The notes below the pieces were generated by a model, which saw only the letters and a list, made by a program, of their open reading frames with translations, ran no database searches and had not been told where the DNA came from. A program made the translations under genes and the position numbers. A stretch of 64,000 nucleotides of DNA, from the NCBI GenBank assembly GCA_963695225.1, contig OY968762.1, forward strand, positions 1,344,001 to 1,408,000. Reading direction: 5' to 3'. This stretch comes from Vulcanimicrobiota bacterium (GTDB lineage: Bacteria; Vulcanimicrobiota; Vulcanimicrobiia; Vulcanimicrobiales; Vulcanimicrobiaceae). Positions 18,456 through 27,275 of the stretch are shown piece after piece (positions within the stretch are counted from its first letter, which is position 1; each line of letters begins with the position of its first letter).

Positions 18456-19348
18456 CGTTTCACCCAAACGTCTCGAACGGCAACGGCGTTTGCGGCCTCG
18501 CCCAGCGGCTCGAGCCCGTACATCTCCTCAATCGTGCGCAAGACGACGTATGCGTTCATCGGTTCCGCATAGTTGCCCGGCTTCACCATCGGTCCGTAAA
18601 AGATCGTCGGAATCGTATTGCGGGGATCGAATCCTTCGTCCCAGATGACGACGAGCAGCGTATCGTTCGCCCGCGCCCATTTCGCGAGCGGCCCGAGGTT
18701 ACGCTCGAACCACGCGTCGCCGGCCTTCACGGTTCCGTCGTGCATGTCGTGGTCGGCGTTCGGCACGATGAACGTGACCGCCGGGAGCTCCGCGAACGCC
18801 TTGAGTGCGCCGAGCGGTTGATGCGATGCGCGCGGCAAGTTCGTGAAGTGCGCCCAGGGCGCGTGTTTGCGCGCGTATTTCCCGGCCCAGCAACCCGTGA
18901 ATCCGGCGCTCGGCAAGGATTCCGAGTACGCGACGTACCCGAGATGCGCGGCGAGCAATTGGCTGCCGAGATTCGCATCGGTTGCGGCGATGCCGCGCGC
19001 GGGGCAGTCGTCCCCACTATCGACGCGACGCCCGGCGAAGAGCGCGAAATAATTCGGAGCGCTCGGATGCGTCATGCCGTGGGCGTTCGTGAAATTCGCC
19101 CCAGCGCGCGCGAGCGAATTCAAATACGGCGCCGAGGCCGAACCGATGATTTGGCGGTACGAGTGATTCTCTTCGATGACGACGACGACGTGCGCCGGGC
19201 GCGGCAGCGCCGTCGCAGCCTGCCGGACCTGCGCGCTCGCCCCTGCCCCGGGCCGCGCGACGAACGCCGCGAGCGCCAGAAGGAGTGCGGCCTGCGTCCC
19301 CTGCCGGGACGGCGCCTGCCGGGAACGCGCTCTGGGAGGTCTGGGCAT
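18452..19348 (-). CDS. Secreted phosphoesterase/acid phosphatase (SapM/AcpA-like, alkaline phosphatase superfamily)
   Basis: HVVVVIEENHS, THPSAPNYFALF, YARKHAPW, DMHDG, VIWDEG; Arg-rich N-terminus followed by hydrophobic signal. Confidence 0.9.
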   Translation of the reverse strand: MPRPPRARSRQAPSRQGTQAALLLALAAFVARPGAGASAQVRQAATALPRPAHVVVVIEENHSYRQIIGSASAPYLNSLARAGANFTNAHGMTHPSAPNYFALFAGRRVDSGDDCPARGIAATDANLGSQLLAAHLGYVAYSESLPSAGFTGCWAGKYARKHAPWAHFTNLPRASHQPLGALKAFAELPAVTFIVPNADHDMHDGTVKAGDAWFERNLGPLAKWARANDTLLVVIWDEGFDPRNTIPTIFYGPMVKPGNYAEPMNAYVVLRTIEEMYGLEPLGEAANAVAVRDVWVKR

Positions 19349-19403
19349 ACGGCGGCGAGTTAGGCGCCGGGCGGGAACAACCCGCCCGATGAGGACCCGC
19401 AGG

Positions 19404-20489
19404 CTAGGGCTTCGCCTCCGCCTCGCGGCGGAGCAGTTCGCGCTTCCGTTCGATACCCCACCGGTACCCGGCGATAGCGCCGTCCGCGCGGACGACGCGA
19501 TGACACGGAACCACGACCGCGGCCGGGTTCGAGGCACAGGCTCGCGCGACCGCGCGAGCACCGCGCGCGTTCCCGAGTCGAGCGGCGAGCGTCGCGTACG
19601 AGGTCGTCGTCCCGCTCGGAATCTCGCGCAGCGCCCGCCATACGCGGTGCTGGAACGCCGTTCCGCGAACGTCGAGCGGCAGTTCGGTCGCGAGGGGCGA
19701 GCCCTCGATCCCAGCGACGACGACGGCGACCCAGGCACTCAATCGCTCCTCACCCGCGACGAGCGAGGCTCGGGGGAACGCCGCGCGCAACTCGCCTGCC
19801 AACGCTTCGGCGCTCTCGCCGAATGCGACGGCACAGATCCCACGCTCCGTCCCGGCGACGAGCAGCGGACCGAGCGAGGTCGCCTCGATCGCGTAACCGA
19901 TGCGCGTATCCGGCGCGCCGCGACGGTAAACGGACGGCTTCATCCCGAGCGCCGCCTCGGCGCTCTCGTAGAACCGGCTGCTCGAGCCGAAGCCCGCATC
20001 GTACAGCGCCTGGGTCACGCTCGGGGAATCGCGCAGCCGTTCGCGCAAGCGCCGCGCGCGCACGGCCGCCCCGTAGTCGCGCGGCGTCAGCCCCGTCGCG
20101 GCACGAAAGCGGCGGTGAAAGTGGGAGGGGCTCATCCGCGCCGCGTCCGCGAGTTCGCGCAGCGACGGAACGCTCTCGGCGCCTTCGATCGCGCGGCAGG
20201 CGGCGGCGATCGCCACGGCGCGCCGTTCCGCGGCGGACGGGCCGTCCGGCCGGCAGCGCTTGCAGGGCCGGAACCCCGCTCGCTCGGCCGCTTCGCCGTT
20301 TGGGTGGAAGCTGACGTTCCGGCGCAGCGCCGGGCGGGCCGAACAACTCGGCCGGCAGTACACGCCGGTCGTCGCGACCGCGTAGACGAAACGCCCGTCC
20401 TCGCGGGCGTCGCGGCGGCGGACCGCCTCGTAGCGCTCGTCGTCGTCGCGCAGGAGCGGCTCCTCCGTAAGAATCATCGTTTCGATCAT
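19404..20489 (-). CDS. ada: Bifunctional regulator/O6-methylguanine-DNA methyltransferase Ada
   Basis: Zn site YCRPSC...RPCKRC, AraC HTH, GTAFQHRVW, PCHRVV; SD GAGGTG 6 nt before ATG 20489. Confidence 0.95.
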   Translation of the reverse strand: MIETMILTEEPLLRDDDERYEAVRRRDAREDGRFVYAVATTGVYCRPSCSARPALRRNVSFHPNGEAAERAGFRPCKRCRPDGPSAAERRAVAIAAACRAIEGAESVPSLRELADAARMSPSHFHRRFRAATGLTPRDYGAAVRARRLRERLRDSPSVTQALYDAGFGSSSRFYESAEAALGMKPSVYRRGAPDTRIGYAIEATSLGPLLVAGTERGICAVAFGESAEALAGELRAAFPRASLVAGEERLSAWVAVVVAGIEGSPLATELPLDVRGTAFQHRVWRALREIPSGTTTSYATLAARLGNARGARAVARACASNPAAVVVPCHRVVRADGAIAGYRWGIERKRELLRREAEAKP

Positions 20490-20508
20490 CGTGGACACCT
20501 CACCGCGA

Positions 20509-20558
20509 ATCCTAGCAGTTCGGGCGGGCCACGCCTTCCGGGGCCTTGCTCCGCAATT
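20509..20558 (-). promoter_or_regulatory. ada promoter: extended -10 (TGcTAGGAT) and Ada box AAT-N6-GCAA
   Basis: Minus strand AATTGCGGAGCAA at 20546-20558, about 50 bp upstream of the start implied by TAGGAT at 20509-20514. Confidence 0.7.
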
Positions 20559-20576
20559 CCCGGCGCGGCCGCGCTC

Positions 20577-22916
20577 CTAATTCTTCAGGTCGAACAGTTC
20601 GGTCTGCTCGCTGCGGCCAAGGCGCGGGGCGATCGTTTCCAAGTCGGCGAGGCTCGCGTTGATCCGGCGCGGCTTCGTGCCTTCGTGTACGCCGACGATC
20701 CCGAAATCTTCGAGGTGCTTCATCACGCGCACCGCGCGCGGATGCCCGATCGAAAACTGCGACTGCAGCTGCGCAGTGGAAGCGTAGTTCGCTTCGATGA
20801 TGAACCGGGCCGCGTCGTAGCAGAGCGGGTCGACCTTCGCTCCGGCCCCGTCGTCGTCGCCGATCGGAACGACGTCCACGTCGAGCAGGTTGTCGGGGCG
20901 GGCCTGCGCGGCCCAGAACGCGACGAGGCGGTTCACCTCGTTTCCGGTGATCAGCGCGCCCTGCGCGCGAATCGGCTTCGGAGCGTCGATCGGCAAGAAC
21001 AGCATGTCGCCGCGGCCGAGCAGCCGCTCGGCCCCGCCGCCGTCGAGGATCGTCCGCGAATCGACCTGCGAGCTGACCGCGAACGAGATGCGCGAGGGGA
21101 TGTTCGCCTTGATCAAGCCCGTGATGACGTCGACCGAGGGGCGCTGCGTCGCCACGACCAGGTGGATGCCCGTCGCGCGCGCGAGCTGCGCGAGCCGCAT
21201 GATCGTCTGCTCGACCTTCGCCGGCGCGATCATCATCAGATCGGCGAGCTCGTCGATCACGATCACGACGTAGGGCAGCTTCTCGTCGGGGTACTTCGCG
21301 TTATACTCCTCGATCTTCCGCACGCCGGCTTTCGCGAAGCGCTCGTAGCGCTGGTCCATCTCCTTGGTCATCTCGAAGAGCGCCCCCGCCGCCAAGCGCG
21401 GATCCGTGATGACATCCTTGATCAGATGCGGGATGCCGTTGTAGACCGTCAGCTCGACGCGCTTGGGATCGATGAACAGCATCTGCACCTGGTCCGGCGT
21501 CGCCGAGACGAGCAGCGAGGCGATGATGCCGTTCAAGCAGACGGATTTGCCGCTACCGGTCGCGCCCGCGACGAGCAAGTGCGGCATCTTCCCGAGATCC
21601 CCGAAGACCGGGCGCCCCGTGATGTCCTTCCCGAGCGCCATGTTCAGCGGCGGAACGACGCCGCGGTGCGGCAGCGCTTCGAGGATCTCGCGGATCGCGA
21701 CGATCGAGACGGTCGCGTTCGGGATCTCGATGCCGACCGCCGACTTTCCCGGGATCGGAGCCTCGATCCGGACCGACGTCGCCGCGAGCGCGAGCGCGAG
21801 ATCGTCGGCGAGCGAGGAGATGCGCGAGATCTTCACGCCGCGATCGGGGCGCAGTTCGTAGCGCGTGATCGAGGGGCCGCGCTCGATGTGCGTCACCTTC
21901 GCGCCGACGCCGAACGAAGCGAGCGTATCTTCTAGGACGTGCGTGCGGGTCGTCTCATCGATGATCTGCGCCTGCGGCGCGTCGAACAGCGAGAGGTCGG
22001 GGAGGCGGTAGGTGCGGCGCGCGGGATCGGCGGCTAGGACGCTCGCGGGCTCGTACTCGCCCGCGACGGCGCCCGCGCCATCGTCGTCGTCGTCTTCGAA
22101 TTCGTCGGCCTCGTCCTCGTCCTCGCCATCCTCTTCTTCGAACTCGTCCTCGTCGTCGTCATCGTCATCGTCGTCGCCGCCGGACGCGACGGGGCGCCCG
22201 TTCGGCGCCGAGGAGGCGACCGCCGGCGCAACGACGAGCGGAGCCGCGGCCGCCGGCTTCGCTTCGGGAGCGGCTACGGCGGAAGCCGCCGGCTTCTTCG
22301 CGGCGGCGGCGGAGCGCTCGGGCATCGCGAAGGCCTCGCGCAGGTTCGCGGGCCCGGCGGGCTTGCGCTCGGGGGGCGGCGCCGGCTTGCGCTCCCGGGC
22401 CAAGAAGTTCGCCACGAACGCGCGCAGGCGCGCCCCGGCGACGATCCCTCGTCCGATCAGCTGTTTGAGCGAGACTTTCGTGACCCCGACGAGGATGCCA
22501 AGCGCGGCGACCGCGAGGACGAGCTTCGCGCCGAACGAGCCGACCATCGCGACGAGCCAGTTCGCCAGGGCGGCCCCGACCTTGCCGCCGCCGCCCGCGT
22601 AGGCGGCATCGACGATCAGGAAGAGCACTGCCGCCGCGAGGCCGAGCGTCGCGATCAGCTGCGGCACGCTGATCTCGAGGAAGATGATCCCGCCGATCAG
22701 GGCGATCAGGATCGGGAAGCACCAAGCAGCACCGCCGAAGAGCACGTGGAGCTCGTCGGCGGCCGCCGCGCCGAGACGCCCTGCGTGGTGCGGGTTCCAG
22801 AGGGCGAAGCCCAGCAAGACCGCGACCGCCAGCGCCGCGATCCCAGCGATTTCGAGATTCAGTCGGAGGGCGGAGAACCGCCGCGACGCACTCGCCTTCC
22901 GGCGCACGCGTGCCAT
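20577..22916 (-). CDS. ftsK: DNA translocase FtsK/SpoIIIE
   Basis: N-terminal TM helices, RIEAPIPGK, PHLLVAGATGSGKS, IDELADLM, ATQRPSVDVITG, LLGRGDML, C-terminal gamma domain. Confidence 0.97.
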   Translation of the reverse strand: MARVRRKASASRRFSALRLNLEIAGIAALAVAVLLGFALWNPHHAGRLGAAAADELHVLFGGAAWCFPILIALIGGIIFLEISVPQLIATLGLAAAVLFLIVDAAYAGGGGKVGAALANWLVAMVGSFGAKLVLAVAALGILVGVTKVSLKQLIGRGIVAGARLRAFVANFLARERKPAPPPERKPAGPANLREAFAMPERSAAAAKKPAASAVAAPEAKPAAAAPLVVAPAVASSAPNGRPVASGGDDDDDDDDEDEFEEEDGEDEDEADEFEDDDDDGAGAVAGEYEPASVLAADPARRTYRLPDLSLFDAPQAQIIDETTRTHVLEDTLASFGVGAKVTHIERGPSITRYELRPDRGVKISRISSLADDLALALAATSVRIEAPIPGKSAVGIEIPNATVSIVAIREILEALPHRGVVPPLNMALGKDITGRPVFGDLGKMPHLLVAGATGSGKSVCLNGIIASLLVSATPDQVQMLFIDPKRVELTVYNGIPHLIKDVITDPRLAAGALFEMTKEMDQRYERFAKAGVRKIEEYNAKYPDEKLPYVVIVIDELADLMMIAPAKVEQTIMRLAQLARATGIHLVVATQRPSVDVITGLIKANIPSRISFAVSSQVDSRTILDGGGAERLLGRGDMLFLPIDAPKPIRAQGALITGNEVNRLVAFWAAQARPDNLLDVDVVPIGDDDGAGAKVDPLCYDAARFIIEANYASTAQLQSQFSIGHPRAVRVMKHLEDFGIVGVHEGTKPRRINASLADLETIAPRLGRSEQTELFDLKN

Positions 22917-22996
22917 TGGTTGCTGACGTTATCGCAGCGCGGGGCCGGACCCTGTTCGTCCGCCCGCTTCCGCCGGCGAGATGGGCTGCGTCGCGG

Positions 22997-23632
22997 CTAG
23001 CGCTTTACGAGGCGGAGCGCGCGGTAGACCGTGAACCCGGCCTGCAGCGGGAAGGCCGTCGTTCGGTCGTGTTTCATACGCGACGTCAGGGTGGACACGA
23101 CCGCGTCGCGCCGGTCGCCGAAATCGCGTTTCGCGCTCTTGCCCGTCGCGACGCGCAGCGCGAGGTCGAGCACGGGCGAGGTCCCGGGGGTCACCACGAT
23201 CGCGCAACCGTCCGGGCGCAGCACGCGCGCGATCTCGTCGGTGGCCGCGGCCGCATCGCTGACGAATTCGAAGGTGCTGACCGCAACGACGACGTCGAAC
23301 GTCTCCGCCGCGAAGGGCAGCTTCTCGGCCGGCGCCTCGACCAGCGTCGCGTAGGTGCCCGCGCGCTCGAGTGCTTGCGCCACGTCGGTCGCGTGCTTGT
23401 GGACGTCGGCGGCATAAACGTGCCGCGCACGGCGCGCAAGTTCGGGCAAGAACACGCCGCTGCCGTATCCGACCTCGAGCAGCTTTTCGACGGGGCGCTC
23501 GGGAAGCAACCCCACCACGAGCCGAAAACGCTGGCGCGACACGAAGCCGAGCAGGCGGCGATAATTCCAATCCGCATGGTCGACCTCGCCCGTCTTCACG
23601 AGGCGGTCGCGCGGCAGTAGCCGGAGTTCCAT
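22997..23632 (-). CDS. Class I SAM-dependent methyltransferase
   Basis: LLEVGYGSG motif I, AEKLPFAAETFDVV, EIARVLRPDG. Confidence 0.88.
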   Translation of the reverse strand: MELRLLPRDRLVKTGEVDHADWNYRRLLGFVSRQRFRLVVGLLPERPVEKLLEVGYGSGVFLPELARRARHVYAADVHKHATDVAQALERAGTYATLVEAPAEKLPFAAETFDVVVAVSTFEFVSDAAAATDEIARVLRPDGCAIVVTPGTSPVLDLALRVATGKSAKRDFGDRRDAVVSTLTSRMKHDRTTAFPLQAGFTVYRALRLVKR

Positions 23633-23757
23633 CAGATATTTAGACCGCGATTCCTAACGCAAGTTCCGCTCGGTGTCGAGTCGCCGCCGGATGATTCCTG
23701 TGATGAGCAGGATAGGCCTGCCTTCGACTCTCACTCAAGGACTCTCGCGCCGCCGCT

Positions 23758-24594
23758 TCAGCGGGCCGCCGCGATCAGGACGACGGCCGCGGCCGCGAAG
23801 CCGGCGCCTGCGAGTTGGATCGGCGCGAGGCGTTCGTGCAACAGAAAGCGCGCGAGAAAGACGGTCCCCGCCGGGTAGAGCGACGTGATCACAGCGACGA
23901 CGGCCAGGAGGCCGCCCCGCGACGCGAGGACGTAGAACGCGTTCGCGCCCATATCGAGCGCGCCGGCGAGGGCGATCGTGCCGAGGAGCGAGCGCTGCGT
24001 CGGGAGCGGCTCGCGCCGGACCAGAACGTACAGCGCCACGACCCCGAGCGAGCTCGCGCGGAGCGCGGCCAGCGTCCACAGACCGCCGTCCGCGTGTCCG
24101 TGCGCCAGAACCACCAAGAGGCTTCCGATCGCGAGCCCGCTCGCGAGCGCGAGCCCGACCCCCGGCGCCCGAATCGTGAACCGCCCGCTCTCGGGGTTCG
24201 TCGAAACGAGAGCGACCGCGACGAACGCGCAGGCGACGCCGCAGAGGGCGAGGAGCGGCGGGCGTTCTCCCGAGGCGAGCCCCCAGGCGACGGGGACGCT
24301 CGCCCCCACGACGGCGGTGATCGGCGAGACGACCCCCATCCGGCCGACCGCGAGCGCCGCATAGAGCGCTCCGATGCCGACCGCGCCGAGGACGCCCCCG
24401 GCGAGACCGAGCGCGACGTCGCTCGGATAGAGCGTCCCGGGGACGAGCGGGATCAGGCCGGCAAGGAGCGCGAGCCCCGCCAGCTGGGAGAGCAGGACGA
24501 CGGCCGCCGCCGGCGCGCGCCGGCTCGCGACGCCGCCGAGAAAATCCGCCGCGCCGTACGTCAGGGCGGAAAGGAGCGCGAGGAGGAGCGCCAC
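23758..24594 (-). CDS. DMT/EamA family transporter
   Basis: About 10 TM helices, YGAADFLGG, GRMGVVSPI, SLYPAGTVFLA..LLHERL. Confidence 0.9.
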   Translation of the reverse strand: MALLLALLSALTYGAADFLGGVASRRAPAAAVVLLSQLAGLALLAGLIPLVPGTLYPSDVALGLAGGVLGAVGIGALYAALAVGRMGVVSPITAVVGASVPVAWGLASGERPPLLALCGVACAFVAVALVSTNPESGRFTIRAPGVGLALASGLAIGSLLVVLAHGHADGGLWTLAALRASSLGVVALYVLVRREPLPTQRSLLGTIALAGALDMGANAFYVLASRGGLLAVVAVITSLYPAGTVFLARFLLHERLAPIQLAGAGFAAAAVVLIAAAR

Positions 24595-24597
24595 GGA

Positions 24598-25473
24598 CTA
24601 CGTTCGAGTCGTCGGATCGAGCGCGTCGCGCAGGCCGTCGCCGAGCAGGTTGAAGCCGAGGACGAGCGTCGTGATGGCGAGGCCGGGGAAGACGAGCGCC
24701 CACGGAGCCGTCAGCCAGTAGTCGCGCGCGTCGTTCAGCATCGCGCCCCACTCGGGCGCCGGGGGACGTGCGCCGAGGCCGAGGTACGAGAGCCCGGCGG
24801 CCTCGAGTTCCGCGGTCGCAACGCCGAGCGTCGCCTGCACGAGGAGCGGCGCGAGGATGTTCGGCAGGACGTGCCGCGCGAGGACGGCGGGTGCCGAGAC
24901 GCCGACCGCCCGGGCGGCTTCGATGTACTCCATCTCCTTCACGCCGAGCACGGAGGAGCGGGCGAGCCGGGCGTACTGCGGGATGTAGACGACGCCGACG
25001 GCGATCATCAGGTTCGTGATGCTGGGCCCGAGGGTCGTCGTGATCGCGATCGCGAGAATGATCGACGGAAAAGCGAGCATGACGTCCATCGCGCCCATCA
25101 GGACGTCGTCGGCCCTTCCGCCGAGATACCCGGCCGTCGCGCCGATCGCCGTCCCGGCCGTGATCGCGAGCCCGACCGCGGCGAAGCCGATCCGGATCGA
25201 GATGCGCGCGCCGTACAGGATTCGGGACCAGAGATCGCGCCCCAGCTTGTCGGTGCCGAGCAGGTGGTGGGAATTCGGCGCCTGCGCCTGATTGCTCAGA
25301 TCCTGCGCGAGCGGATCCCAGCCCGCGATCAGCGGCGCGAAGATGGCGGCCAGGAGGACGGCCAGGACGATCGAGGCTCCGACGAGCGCGCCCGGATCCC
25401 GCCGGAAGCGTAGCCAAATATCGCCGCCGTACGAGCGGGCGGCCGGCGTATCTGCGGCGGCGCTCGATTCCAC
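24598..25473 (-). CDS. Oligopeptide/dipeptide ABC permease (DppC/OppC type)
   Basis: HLLGTDKLGRD, YGARIS, EAA loop YIEAARAVG, HVLPN, LSYLGLG, FNLLGDGLRDALDP. Confidence 0.93.
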   Translation of the reverse strand: MESSAAADTPAARSYGGDIWLRFRRDPGALVGASIVLAVLLAAIFAPLIAGWDPLAQDLSNQAQAPNSHHLLGTDKLGRDLWSRILYGARISIRIGFAAVGLAITAGTAIGATAGYLGGRADDVLMGAMDVMLAFPSIILAIAITTTLGPSITNLMIAVGVVYIPQYARLARSSVLGVKEMEYIEAARAVGVSAPAVLARHVLPNILAPLLVQATLGVATAELEAAGLSYLGLGARPPAPEWGAMLNDARDYWLTAPWALVFPGLAITTLVLGFNLLGDGLRDALDPTTRT

Positions 25474-25526
25474 TGCTAGGCCGTTCTCGATGTCATTTTC
25501 GTCGAGGCGACGCGCTTGTGGCGCCT

Positions 25527-27275
25527 TCAGACCTCCATGACGACCGGAACGACGACGGGGCGGCGCCGCGTCTTCTGAAAGACCGCCTTCGAGAGGCTGC
25601 CGCGGATGTGTTCCTTCACCATCGCGACGTCGCGGATGCTCTCCGACGAGATGCCCTCGAGGACGCGGGCCAGCATCGTCTTCAGTTCGAGCGTCACGCC
25701 CTCGGATTCGGGGAGGTAGAACACGCCGCGCGAGACGAGATCGGGGCCCGCGACGACGCGCGCCTCTTCGGCGTCGATCGTCACGACGACCATCATGATG
25801 CCGTCGGCGGAGAGGTGCTTTCGATCGCGCAGCACCGCATCGCCGACGTCGCCCACGCCGGAGCCGTCGACCATCACGTTTCCGCCGTAGGTCTTGCCGA
25901 CGCGCGAGGCGCCTGCGGCGGTGAACTGGACGACGTCGCCGTTCTCGCAGACCAGGACGTTGCGCGCCTCGACGCCCGTCTTACGCGCGAGTTCGCCGTG
26001 CGTGATCAGCATGCGATACTCGCCGTGGACCGGGATGAAATACGACGGGCGCACGAGGTTGAACATCAGGAGCAGCTCTTCTTGCGACGCGTGCCCCGAG
26101 ACGTGGGCCTGCGCGCCGCTCGTCCCATGGATCACCGTAGCACCGAGCCGGTACAGGTTGTTGATCGTGCGCGAGACGCTCTTCTCGTTCCCGGGGATCG
26201 GCGTCGCGCTGATCACCACCGTGTCGCCGGCGACGATCCGCATCTTCGGATGATCGCGGACGGCCAAGCGCGAGAGCGTCGACATCGGTTCGCCCTGCGA
26301 GCCCGTCATCATCACGACGACCCGCTCGGGCGGCTCCCCGTCGACGTCCTCGATGCGGATGATCCGTTCCGGCGGGATTTCGAGATAGCCGAGTTCGGTC
26401 GCGTAATGCACGACGTTGAGCAGGGAGCGGCCGAGGAAGGCGATCTTGCGGTCGAAGGCGACGGCCTGGTCGACGACCTGCTGGATGCGCGGAACGTTCG
26501 AGGCGAACGAGGCGACGAGAATGCGGCCTTCCGCGCGCGCGAAGATGTTCGCGAACGCGTCGCCGACGACGCGCTCCGAGGGCGTGTGCCCCGGCCGCTC
26601 GGCATTCGTGCTGTCGGAGAGCATGCACAGGACGCCCGCGTCCCCGATCCGCGCGATCGCGGCGAAATCCGCCGGACGGCAGTCGATCGGCGTTTGATCG
26701 AACTTGAAGTCGCCGGTGTGGAACACGGTTCCCAGCGGCGTGCGGATCGCGAGCGCGCAGGCGCCCGCCAGGCTATGGTTGACGTGGATGAACTCGATCT
26801 CGAGGGAGCCGTACGAAACGCGCGTGCCGGGCTGCACCGATTGGAACGTACGGTCCGAGAACTTCTGATCGCGCATCTTCGCACGGATCAGCGCGAGCGA
26901 GAGCGGCGTCCCGACGACCGGCACGTTGAACTCGCGCAAGAGATACGGAATGCCGCCGATGTGATCTTCGTGTCCGTGCGTCACGAGGAGCGCGCGAAAC
27001 TTGTCGGCGCGCTCGCGCAGGTACGTGAAGTCGTTGATCACGATATCGACGCCGAACATCTCGTCGTCGGGGAACATCAAGCCGCAATCTACGACGATGA
27101 GGTCGTCGGCGGTCTCGATGACGGTCATGTTGCGGCCGATCTCGCCGCACCCGCCGAGGGGGACGATCCGAACGTACGGTTCGGAAGGCGGCTCCGGGAC
27201 GACGAAGGCGGCCGCGGCCTGGGACTTGCCGTTGGCGCGCGCGGGCGCGATGGATGCATCGGAAGGAGAAGTCAT
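25527..27275 (-). CDS. rnj: Ribonuclease J
   Basis: PLGGCGEIGRNM, THGHEDHIG, HTGDFK, DSTNA, GSQGEP, HVSGHAS, PVHGEYR. Confidence 0.97.
   Translation of the reverse strand: MTSPSDASIAPARANGKSQAAAAFVVPEPPSEPYVRIVPLGGCGEIGRNMTVIETADDLIVVDCGLMFPDDEMFGVDIVINDFTYLRERADKFRALLVTHGHEDHIGGIPYLLREFNVPVVGTPLSLALIRAKMRDQKFSDRTFQSVQPGTRVSYGSLEIEFIHVNHSLAGACALAIRTPLGTVFHTGDFKFDQTPIDCRPADFAAIARIGDAGVLCMLSDSTNAERPGHTPSERVVGDAFANIFARAEGRILVASFASNVPRIQQVVDQAVAFDRKIAFLGRSLLNVVHYATELGYLEIPPERIIRIEDVDGEPPERVVVMMTGSQGEPMSTLSRLAVRDHPKMRIVAGDTVVISATPIPGNEKSVSRTINNLYRLGATVIHGTSGAQAHVSGHASQEELLLMFNLVRPSYFIPVHGEYRMLITHGELARKTGVEARNVLVCENGDVVQFTAAGASRVGKTYGGNVMVDGSGVGDVGDAVLRDRKHLSADGIMMVVVTIDAEEARVVAGPDLVSRGVFYLPESEGVTLELKTMLARVLEGISSESIRDVAMVKEHIRGSLSKAVFQKTRRRPVVVPVVMEV

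Noticed and set aside
23690..23720. Hammerhead ribozyme (TGATGAG)
   Set aside because: No intact CUGAnGA core with GAAA and the required stems
27168..27184. LexA box near the RecA-NT ORF (CCGAAC-GTACG-GTTCGG)
   Set aside because: Spacer is 5 nt rather than the 4 of GAAC-N4-GTTC, and it lies inside rnj coding sequence
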